Origin: Convolutriloba macropyga
Lineage: Eukaryota
DNA: 64,000 nucleotides
Direction of reading: 5' to 3'
Assembly (NCBI RefSeq): GCF_964194025.1
Contig: NC_134468.1
Location: 6,262,001 to 6,326,000, forward strand
This document shows, piece by piece, positions 12,219-23,281 of this stretch; position 1 is the first letter of the stretch; the number at the start of each line of letters is the position of its first letter. The notes under the pieces are model-generated. The model was not told the origin of the DNA, made no database searches, and saw nothing but the letters and a program-made list of their open reading frames with translations. Made by a program: the position numbers and the translations under genes.

Positions 12219-13210
12219 GCAATCGCGAAAAATCGCCGCCAGAAGCGAGAAATTACCACTGCCAACCAGAAGAGACCGCAGATTGTGAAGCATGAAAAAA
12301 ATCGACTTCTGAAACAAAGACCCCGCAGCTCAGCAGCAGTTTCCAAAAGAATTAAAAGAGGATCTTTGAAGGGTTTTTACTTTAAAAGAACAAATACAAA
12401 AAACAATTACAAAACTAAACGGGATTTGGACGCCATATATAGTGATACTTATGGGTACGATAATTATAACTATTATGATCACGGCGGTTATGAATACCAA
12501 CCTAACTATAACTACCAACCTAACTATGATTACCAACCTAACTATGATTACCAACCTAACTATGATTACCAACCTAACTATGATTACCAACCTAACTATG
12601 ATTACCAGCCTAGAGATTATTATCCAGCCAAAGACTATTACCAAAATTCTTACGACTACGATACTTACCATCATGATTATTCCGCATACTACGATTACCT
12701 AACTTATGAAGATTATGAAATAAAGCGAGAAGAATTCAACCCATTTGACCAATTTTTTAACATATCGGAGGACGACTACTTCAGTATGTACGACAGATCA
12801 AACCTTCTAGATTATTCCGACTTCAGACTTGCAGCTTTCTTCACCCAGGGTGAAATGAAGTATAACGGCTATCAGAAAGATGATTTCATAGCACAATGTA
12901 CTTTTGACGGCAAAAAATGCGGAGCAACTTGGTTTAAAACGTACCAAGACCCGTATTACGGAAACTGTTTCACTTTCAACTCAATCCGAGATAGAAATTT
13001 GTCACACCCAGTTTTCATTCGGTCAAGTGGCAAAACAGGGCAAGAGTATGGGCTAAAACTCACTCTGTTCTTTGATGTGGAAGAGTATATTGGTCTTCTG
13101 GGGCAGAATGCTGGCGGGAGGGTTCTGGTTTTTGACCCAGAAACACATGGCAACATCAGATCGCAAAGCTCGGCAGTTGGAGCTGGTACCAACACCTTTA
13201 TCTCCGTCAG
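12219..13210 (+). CDS. DEG/ENaC gene A exon: convertase-site linker, Tyr/Asp-rich repeat, and extracellular core (palm/beta-ball region)
   Basis: RRQKR, RIKR and KTKR sites; YDYQPN repeats; FIAQCTFDGKKC...DPYYGNCFTFN...GQEYGLKLTL are DEG/ENaC signatures. GT donor at 13211. Confidence 0.9.
12489..12614 (+). repeat. Coding 18-nt minisatellite, 7 units of Y[D/E/N]YQP[N/R]
   Basis: TATGATTACCAACCTAAC repeated in frame. Confidence 0.95.
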
Positions 13211-14359
13211 GTGATAACATATTCGAAATACATTAACAAGATCAGAAATGAACAACAGGGAACAAAAAACAGATAGAAAACGTCTTTAAAAACTGGTTAG
13301 GTAGACAAGTAGCAATAATCAACTAATGTTGTACAAACTAGCCAGAACAGTAACTTCAGCGCACTTCTTACAAAAAAAATGCGCTGAAACGAAAACAAAA
13401 AAAATGCGCTGAAACGGCGCTGACATCTCGACCCGGGATGCAGGGTCGTTCACAGTAAGGTGAGACGTATTGACAAAACTGAAGAACACTGGAAAACAGT
13501 CTTTGAAATACGCTGCAACATGTAATCTAGAAACTATAGAAAACTATGTTCGAAAAAGTCCGATTCGATCTGAAAGTTATTTTGATAAAAAACCCTAAAA
13601 TGCAAAAAAAAGTTTTTCACTTTCAACTTAGTACGAAAATTAATTTAACAAATAAAAGAAGTAAAATGACAACTAAACCGCGCAAACATCACCACTCGGT
13701 AAAAATCATAGCTTTCAAAAAAATTTAAAAACTGCCTTCCATGAGGATAAGGCATCTTATTTCAGTAGTACAACGCAATATAATAAAAGAAGTGAAACGC
13801 GGGCAAAAGTTAACGCTTAAAAAATTGGCACAATTTAATCTGTCAAAATATTCTCGCCTGTTTAACACTTTTGCTAAATCAATTTGAACATTTGACTGAT
13901 TTTATTTGTTTTAATAAACATTTCCCGCATTTTTGCTCAATTTATTATTGTCAGTTTTGCTTAAAAAATATGTTAAAAAATCAACTATGAGCGCAAAAAT
14001 TCCGACCAAAGAAGAGTTTGAATTAATTTCTGAATAAAAGCACTATCAACGAAATCAAATTGCTCCCCGCTAACGAAAATGAGAGATCAACTAGCTGCAG
14101 AAAAAATATTTTCAAATTTAAACGAAAACGCAACTAAAACTTAACTAATCAAAACTTATATTTCTATTTTCTATTGAAAAAAAAACAAAACTAAATAGAA
14201 ACTCTATCAGCAAATTTCATCTTAAAATTCTCAAAAAATTAAGCGCACTACATCCAGCGAAAGTCCGTTAAAAAGAAGTATATATCTTTTTGTTTTAAGA
14301 ACATTTAGCAACAGCTCCCATTTTGTCATCCAAAAAAGACATACTCTACAGAAATGATA

Positions 14360-17300
14360 ATTGTTCCGACCCCTTTTGTGGGGGGGGGGGGGAGGAACTA
14401 TATACTCAGATGGGTTTTTTTTTGTTCCGTGAATTTTGGCCGACCGATATATTCATCGTAGATAAATGTGCGTGGTATGATTAAAAAGCTCGTCCAGCGT
14501 AGAATTCGAAACTAAAAAAATTTTTTGAATTTCGTTTTTTTCGAGGAGTTATCGAGGTTTAAAGTTCCATGTGAACACTGGATATTTGGTTCACTTTTGT
14601 TCACTTTTACCGTAATTTTCGTTCGAATTAACGTTTTTTCTACGAAAAATTTAATTCAAAACTAGATTTCACGCCAAAAAGTAAATCAATTTTATGTTTT
14701 TAATAGACGAAAAGAGATAATAAAGACTAGTTCTAGTCTTAGAGGGAAGTTTAATATAAAAAAAATCGAATTAGGTTTGGGAGCTCTTTTTTTAGAAAAT
14801 TTTGCAATTTTTTTGTTCTTTCAAGTCACCTAGAGACTACTAGACACTTTTAATATCGAAGTTCCGTTAATGACAAACCTTTTTTACGATCAAATGAAGC
14901 CCAATGAACAAAAAATTTGTTTCGAAGGGATCGCTCATGTTTTTTTTGGATTCGTATCTCAAATTTCGTAATTTCAAATGAAATTTTGATTTATTTTTTG
15001 AGGTTTTACTAAAGTTTCATAATCCTATGGCATAAACTTGTTGACTAAAGGTGCAAACGATTTGCTAATGAGCATTAAGTGAACCTATCTAGTGCTGTGA
15101 GTGGACAGCTAATGGCTGTTAAGACTTTGAAAATAAATTTTCGAATTTTTTTTAAAATTAGTAAGTCATAAACTTATTTTTGTGAACTGTAAGTTCATCT
15201 AAGTAAAAACAGGATTGAACTCCTTAATATCACTGCAACAGAATTTAATCTCATTGGCGGCTTTATCAATTAACTATTGGTTATACGTCTTCAATGCCAC
15301 AAGATTTCAAATTTTTTTTAAAAATTTTTTGGACATTTCGTTTTATTGGTTTATTTTGAAATCTTATCACGTCATCCTAATATTGATGGCTACATCTTCC
15401 TTTAGTAAACACGTCCAATGGATCATAGATAAAACTTTCTGAGAAAGAAATATGGTTTAAATGGCTTCAACACTTTCTTCCATTTTTCAAAAGAAATTTT
15501 GGTTTTTGCCTCTATTTGTTGTTTCTTTTCATAGTCATAAGACATATTGCGATGTCTTATTGATTACCTAGGCATGATAAACATCCTTGTATTCACATCG
15601 TGGCATAGCTGAGCGTATTCATTGATTTCCTATGAAAGAGTTTAATGGCTGTTAAGACTTTTTTTTTGAATTTTTTTGAACATAAATCAATCTTAAGTTT
15701 ATTTTCGTGGATTGTAAGTCAGTCTCGGTAATGACAGAACCACTTTTTTTCTTCATCAACAACAATTTATCTAGTTAGCGGTTTTGTCTTCTAACTATTG
15801 GTTTTTTTCACTTCGGTGCACGAGTTTTCATAATTTTTAAAATTTTTGGATTTTTTTTAGTAATTTTGGTTCCTTTTGAAATCGTATTACATTATCCTAA
15901 TATTGATAGCTCCCATTGGCTTAATGAAGACGTTCAATGGATCGTTGAAAAAGTTTTCAGAGAGAAAAGCTTATGGCTTAAATAGCTTTGACACTTTCTT
16001 CTCTCAATTTTCTACCAAACTTTTGGATTTGCCTGTTTTTGTTGTTGTTCTCATAGTCAATGACTTGTTGTAATGTCTTATTGATAAATTTTGAATAACA
16101 AGCATCCTAGTCGTCACATCATCTAGGCATAATTTAGCGTATTAAATTCCTTCCGTTGAAAGCTGTAGAATTTTATGACTTTGATACTATGGGTTTCCCC
16201 AAAAATTTCGTGGTTTTGATGTATTTTTCTTTGCCATACGACTTATTGTGATGAGCTATTGATGTCACATGAATGAAACCTATGATTGCTATTTCATCGA
16301 GGCAGAATTTAGTGTGCTTAATTAACTCCGTTGAAAATAATTGAATTTAATGTCTTTGATACTAGGGCTTTTCTCAAAAACTTCGTGGATTTAATATCTT
16401 TGTTTATATTTGTTTTTTTTTCAAGTCATTTTGTAACAATAGAAACAATCAGCTTGCTGTTAAAAAATTAATTGAAAATAGAAGAGAGTATACTGAGAAC
16501 TTCATTCTCTAATGGCTTTGAAACTTTTCTCGCTTAATTTTTGTGAGTTTGCTGTTTTTGCTTTCTTTTTATTTTTAGGTAGCCGTAAAATTCTTATCGG
16601 TCTCATAAACCTGTAATGTTGCCTGTAATGTTGACTTTAATGTTGCCCATAAACCTATTATGAATGATTTTACCCGAAGCAGTCAGTTTAAAGCCAATAG
16701 TCTAAAAAATTATGATATTATACATCTTCAAAGATTTTTCAAACTTTTCAGTTTTTTTGTTCTTTTCGTCAACTTATTCTCGTCATTGAGAAGTCCACTC
16801 CAATTCCTTGAATTTGAAAAAACAACTTGTCCACTAATATTATGTCGTAACTGATGTTTTGTTTGGTGGACAGTATGAGTTTTTATGAAAAAATACTGTG
16901 AGTGGTGTATTTGTGTTTCTTTTTTCTCTTCTTTTAGCTTATTCAGGTAATAACAGATCCCAATGATTTTCAAATGTGGCCCAAATGAACGAACTTCTTT
17001 TCTCTTTCAGTATAATTTTAGCTGAATGAGTATAAATGTAAACTGAAATAAAAATAAATAAAATTCAGATAATAGCTAATGATTTTAATGGCTTCAATAA
17101 TTTATGTTATTGTTCTTAATTTTTTGAGATTTTCTGCGTCTTTGTGTAAATTGTTTGTTTTTTGAGATTTCCTGCGTATTTAGTTTATTCCTATGGTTTA
17201 GTCTCAGCAAAGACAGGTCCCATTAGTTTCATATTGACTTTTTAGTAAATTTATCAAGAATTATTTTGTTAAAAAGCTAAAGATTTTTTAGACTTTCGAA

Positions 17301-17940
17301 ATTATTTGGTTTAAGAAATGTTGATTGATCTTTGACTTTAACCTCATTTTTTTCTCTATGTCAACTTTTTACCTAATCTCATTATGAAAAACATACATCG
17401 GCTGTATAGTTAGCAAAAACTAATTTTGTGGAGTTAAGGTTTTATCTGATTGCATTTTGACGTTGTTACTAGGTGCTTTATAAAATTATATTTGGTTTCT
17501 GCCGTGAAAATTTTGTGTTTGCATATTTTGTTGTTTGCTGTTTTTTATCGTAGTATTTTTATTGGTAGATCTCGTGAGCGCTGTAATGAGAAATGGCATT
17601 ATGTAATTCAATTTGTAGTTAGGTTTTGTAACATTTTTTTAAAATTCAAACATCAATTTTTGTTATCTCTTCATTTGGTTGACAATTAAGTCAAAAATGT
17701 AGATGAGCTCGGGTCGGAACATCATGTGCGAACGCACATTAACGAGCCGCCTTGTTCAAATTTTACTTTTGTGGCAACTAATACTGGCTCTCGGCCAGTA
17801 TTTATTAAGACTTTCAAAACGTGTTTTGGACCAAAAATTCGTTTGAAAAGTAAAAAAAATAAAAAATAATAATTGTGGTTCCTGAGTAATCGCGACGGAA
17901 CAGCTTTAGGCCACAGCGGCCTGTTCTCAGCTGTCCTTTT
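14360..17940. repeat. Large decayed repeat or transposon region with diverged internal duplications (~530-bp unit)
   Basis: Begins with family Y sequence. AATGGCTGTTAAGACTTT and the sequence after it recur at ~15110 and ~15643, with further degenerate copies at 16130-16400. No coding homology recognised; boundaries approximate. Confidence 0.45.
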
Positions 17941-19054
17941 TTTATTATTACCAAGTTATTTTTCTTATTAGTCTGTGCGTATCGCAGAATGCTCCAACAT
18001 TCATCTCAAGTTTAAGAAGTTTTCGCATTCAGAGACCAGCTTAAATCGAATTATCCTTTAGCAATTAGAACTAGATCAAATTGACTTCACACACGAAAAC
18101 ACGCCCTAATGTATCAACCCAGCATCTTTTAAATTTTAAACTACAATAAGTTTCAAAAACGAAAGAAAATGAAGTGAGGAATCCAAAAGTATTCGATAGG
18201 TTCGAAAACAATAAGTTTTCCTTAACCCCGTTTTCAGAATAGAAGTAACACATTTTAACCGCATGTTAGGTAGTAAAATATTAAAAATGATTCTCTTTAA
18301 GTGTTTTGGTTTGTTGACAGCATCAAAGTTAGAAAAACGTTATCAAGTTATACGCAGGGGCCGAACGTATTATGGAAACACTGTTCTTGGCATCTTGTGA
18401 AATAAAAGAAACTGGGTTCAAAAAGTGTAGTGATATCCTGTTTTCCTAACCAAAGATATAAATCATTTAATCAGTCAGACACAAGCAAAGCCAAAAAGCA
18501 AAGCCGAGAAAATTTCAAACGTTTTTAAATCCATTCGATAGTAGATTTATTTCTGATATTATTTTGTCAACACTTCTATGTGTCCATTTACGTCCAATTC
18601 CGAACTCAGATGTTAGTTTCGTTATTGCCTATTCAATTTTCAAAGAAATTCGAATACAATAAAAGAACCTAAACTCGGGTTTAAAAATATAGGAGCCAAA
18701 CTTATTTTTTTTAAAAAAAACAAAAATTGTTCTGAAGAGGTTTTAAGAAAAAATATACTCTAAAGAGGCCAGTACACAAAATCATCAATTTGAATTCAAC
18801 ATTTTGGAGATACCAAAGGAAGATGGCATTGAGGGAAACAATTCTTTTTTGTTTCTGAATCTTCAACGTTTTGTCTTTAAATAAATCAAATCGTCTTTTG
18901 TTTAAACAAATTTAAAAATATGCATCTTATATAGCCCCCCCCCCACATGCCTAATTTTGCATATATGAGGTGTATGATATCTTATAATTTGCGATTGGGG
19001 TCATAAACGGCACAGCGTGCCGAGACAGAATAGATCCAAAATGGTTGATGACAG

Positions 19055-19323
19055 GTTCACACAAATTGAGCGTCAGGGTGGCAAATACGGAAACTGTACC
19101 AAGGGCTGGCCGGAATTCCTCCAGCTCAATGACGACTTCCAGGAAAAGTGGCCAAAGTACGACAGAGAGACTTGTCTGTTCTACTGTCTACAAAATGCTA
19201 TGGCTTTGGAGTGTGGTTGTACAGACAGCTACGAAGTACAATTCAGTAATAATTCTGCAATTAACAGGGCATCTCAGAACTACTGTGACGTCACTAATAG
19301 AACGGAGAGTGTATGCAGACAAG
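19055..19323 (+). CDS. DEG/ENaC gene A exon: cysteine-rich thumb domain
   Basis: FTQIERQGGKYGNC...YDRETCLFYCLQNAMALECGC...YCD...VCRQ. CAG acceptor and GTGAG donor. Same 269-nt length as the paralogous exon. Confidence 0.92.
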
Positions 19324-20606
19324 GTGAGATTCAGCCGCAAAACGTTGAAAACACACTTTGCAAACGAAACGTCCAGTTTGAGGCTTTTGCATACAACAAT
19401 AACAAAAGCATGAGTTCGTCAAGTATATATTTCTTGTAATTCATAGTTAATTCAGCAATGCTTCTTTGTTTTTTTAATGCGCAATTAGTAATGCTAGGGC
19501 CTTTTATGCAATTATTTACAAATTAGTCTTTCTTTGATTTAAATCCAATTCACACCTTGCTACGATCAATCACTGACAACATTTAAAAAAAATCAAGTTA
19601 ATTTACTCGAACAAATATACCTTAGCAACATAATTCCTTAATTAAACTAGCTATCAAATATCAGTTATTACAACATCAGCAAAAGTGTCATCCAGATGGA
19701 GTTGGTTATATGGCCTATGGACTGGACATCAGTCCCATGCTATCGATTGCCAACTTAGGCCACCTATATTAATACGTTTCTTTACTTCTTTCCTTTTCTG
19801 AAGATTTAATTTTGTTGTCATTTCCATTTTTCCCGACTGAAGATATCGGTTTTTCATAGGCAATAGCGGGGAAAATGGACGAAAAACTTTACAAGATTCG
19901 ATCAATCTTTGTTTTTCAGTGAAGCCTCGAAAGTTCCGTACAATATTTTAACCTGTAAAATTTTAAAGACGATAGTACTGGCAGAAACAAATATTGTTTG
20001 AGATCAGGCTGCGTTACAAAAACAGGATCTTCGCTATTTATGAAACCAATGGTATTTCGTCAATGACATCCAATTCAATAAATCAATATCACCGCGTCAA
20101 GTTTTACGAACATATAATAATATTTTTCAACCATCCTTTTAAATCACTGACCTTTGTTCATCATTCGACCCTTTCGAATTTCCAAATATTTAAAACAAGA
20201 GTTTGTTCAAACAGCCGTTGTACCCACAATAGTAGGTATCGCTTTTTTCAAGGCAGATTTAGCCCAAAATGCTCGTTGCAACAAAGCCGGCAGCACAGAG
20301 AAAAAAAAGCATACACTTCTCAGCCTTTGTCTTGACTCAATGCCTCACTGAGAAATAACTTCATTTTTCAAAATGATCTGAAATAACCATTGAGAAGTGA
20401 GAAAAATGTGATAATTTTGTGATTAAAATATTAAAAAATTCAAGTATTTTAAGGTAATTTTACCTTAACACAGTTAACGTACTTTATTACCTTAACTCCC
20501 TTAAGTTAAAATTACCTTATCTTTATTTAGTGTGCACAGCACCGGCAAAATCTAAAGTCGACGACATTGCTCATTGTCAATTCACTTTCTAGAACAATTG
20601 AAACCG

Positions 20607-20880
20607 ATCCAGCCAAATTCAAGGACAAAATTTTATTGTCCAGCCAAATTCAAGGAAACTTTTCAATTGTTCATCCAAAATCGAGGACGTTTGTTTTAGT
20701 TCCAGCCAAAATCGAGGAGGTTTGTTTTAGTTCCAGCCAAAGTCGAGGACGGTTGTTTTAAGTCCAGCCTAAGTCTAGGACACCAGTTAAAGTCCAAACA
20801 AATTCTTTTCATACCAAAACTCTGTCGAGGACAGTCTTTCCATAGCTGAAATCGATCGAGGAAGTTCTATTCATAAATCC
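20607..20880 (+). repeat. ~31-bp degenerate minisatellite (TCCAGCCAAA(A)TCRAGGAC...)
   Basis: At least 6 recognisable units, degenerating toward the 3' end. Confidence 0.8.
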
Positions 20881-21448
20881 AGGTTTAGACTAGGGAAGCT
20901 GACAAAGTTCAAAGCAGTCAAATACTTATCGTGAAAAAACACGGATGCTTAAAAAACTAATGCAAAATACTCATAAGACGCGGGTGACTTCAACAATTTC
21001 TACCTAAAAGTCGAATTCCTACCTAAAATTTTATTTAAAAGATATTGTCAATTTCCTCTAATACACATAAAAATAAAATGCAAAGGGTAAAGAAGCAAAG
21101 CAAAATAAAGAATGTATCGTTGTAAAAAATTCAAAAAAAACATTAACAATTTATTTAAAGAACTCGACCTAACAAAAGTAAAATCGAATTCTTGCACTGA
21201 CATCTTGCACATCAATTACTCTTGGGTCCTTCATAAATTCTTTCCAGAAATGATCGTTCAATTCTTTTTTCAAGGAAGCTCTCGTGTTGTTTTAAATGAT
21301 GTTTTAAATCTGATATTAGAAGGCAAACAACTATTATAGTTTCGAATGGCTAGTGCAACATAACAATCAGCTAGAAATTTATTGTTCCTTCCTATATCAC
21401 TATATCGAAGGTAACTTTTTTGAACTGTCATTTTGTTTTCTTTATAGT

Positions 21449-22320
21449 AGAGAGAGAGAGAGACAGAGATATTCATTTTTATATGCTGAATGATCGTTGA
21501 TGAGTAAGCGAAAAAAGTAAATAGCGCAACGATATTTTCAGAGAATAGGAACGGGTAAAATTTTGTTACGAAGTTTGAGAAAAACAATCATATTTGTACA
21601 AATCTTGTTTTTTCCTATTTAAAAAGGTTTTAATTCCCCAATTAAATTGCTTTTCCAAAGTTTTGATCAACGTTTTTGCAACCCCGCCAAAATTGAAGCT
21701 GAATGCAGTATGTGACTTAACCCAATTTCATTGAGTAACATAAATTTTGTGTTCTCCCGTAAGATTTAACTTAGTGTACTAAAAACCTTTATTCCAAAAA
21801 CCATTCTGTGTAGCATGTTTCTCAGTTCATAAAACTTTAGTTTGCTATCAATAACAACGCCAAAATACTTCACACTAGTTGACTCTGCTATTTTCTTGTT
21901 GTCGACAGTCATAATGGCATTTCTTAAACTCTTCCTGCTGCTATATACTATATACAACCCTTGAAGCTGTTTGTTCACCACTAACTGGGACTTTGTAAAA
22001 TAATCGATAATTTTGTAGATGTTATGTTGTTTTATTTTCGACAAAAATTCTTTAATCATAGATGCGAAAACAAAAGCGTCGTCTGCATGCTGCACGACTG
22101 CACAATCTTCTATAATCTTCGCTAAATCGTTCAAGTAAATGTAAAAAAATTGAGGAACTATAATATTACCTTGTTGAACTCTTCGTTTCAAAGTTATCCA
22201 ATCGGATTCACGTCCGTTCAGGACAACTGTTTGCGTTATTTTACATAAACGATTCTCTATTATATTGGTGGCGTATTTGTCAAAACCTGTATTTTCAAGT
22301 TTCCGCAACAGTATTGCGTA
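21449..22320 (-). mobile_element. 5'-truncated decayed LINE (RT C-terminal part, 3' UTR and (TC)n tail)
   Basis: VQQGNIIVPQFFYIYLNDL...HADDA...VKYFGVVIDSKL are degenerate RT motifs. (GA)n run on the + strand at 21449-21468. Confidence 0.85.
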
Positions 22321-22478
22321 AAAGTTTTATATTTTCAAGTCTCATTAACTGTAGGTTAAGTGAGTCTGACGAAAACACTGAAAAATCTGGCACTAATAGA
22401 GAAGCCTTTAAAGATCAGAATTTTACTTCCATCTTCTCTGAAGTGGTTTCGTGATTTCTGATGTATTTCCGGAATTTT

Positions 22479-22562
22479 TTCTTAGTATGGGTCAACATTT
22501 CAGCATACATCTCAGTTACATTTCTTAGTATGGGTCAACATTTCAGCATACATTTCAGTTAT
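22479..22562 (+). repeat. 42-bp tandem duplication
   Basis: TTCTTAGTATGGGTCAACATTTCAGCATACATYTCAGTTA occurs twice. Confidence 0.9.
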
Positions 22563-22838
22563 ATTGATCACTATGTTTGTAATTAATTTCCAGACATCAA
22601 TTAAGCAGATCAAGAACAAAATGATTAATGCAATTGTAAAAAAGCTCTGCTGCAGCGTACACCTTAGGCCAATGTAAAGGACAATAATGTTTTTTCTAAA
22701 ATCAAGTTTGAACAAACATCCCGTCTTTAAAAGATTATAGAATAGAGGGCTTTCACTTTAATCTGAAAAACCAGTTTCCTAAAAATCTATGCGGCTATGA
22801 AGAGCAGGCACTGTCTAAACAATATTGTTTGTTAACAG

Positions 22839-23281
22839 ATATATACAACAAATACAAGAACAGCACTCTTGACTGTGGAAGGTGTCCTCAAGGTTGCAAA
22901 ACAACCCACTTCAGTCAGCGACAGTCGACATCTCCTTGGCCATCTGAAGCGTTTGCTGCATTTTTCGCAACAAACATGCTCAAATCCAAATCTCAAAGAG
23001 TTCTAAACTACATTTCTGACACATTGAACCACGATAACTTGACTGCAACTTCGCTTATGGACAGCTTTCGGCGTAATTTTGCGCGTGTCGAGGTATTCTA
23101 CGAGTCTTTGAATTTTGAAAAGATGTCCGAAAGTCCCGCATACGAGTTGGTCAATTTAATCAGCGATTTTGGGGGTAATATTGGACTTTGGCTAGGTTGG
23201 AGCGTTTTGGCAATTTTCGAAATTGTACAGTTCTTCTACGAAGTAGGCGAGACACTGATATTGAGCAGGAACAAAAAATGA
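22839..23281 (+). CDS. DEG/ENaC gene A last exon: end of thumb, knuckle region, TM2, short C-tail
   Basis: CGRCPQGC...SPWPS...NFARVEVFYESLNFEKMSESPAYELVNLISDFGGNIGLWLGWSVLAIFE; stop TGA at 23279-23281. Confidence 0.93.

Noticed and set aside
12330-12702. ORFs with RLVIIV and ITNLTM repeats
   Set aside because: Alternative-frame and antisense readings of the YDYQPN minisatellite.
20607-20880. Regularly spaced repeats as a CRISPR-like array
   Set aside because: Eukaryotic context, the spacers resemble each other, and there are no cas genes; it is a minisatellite.
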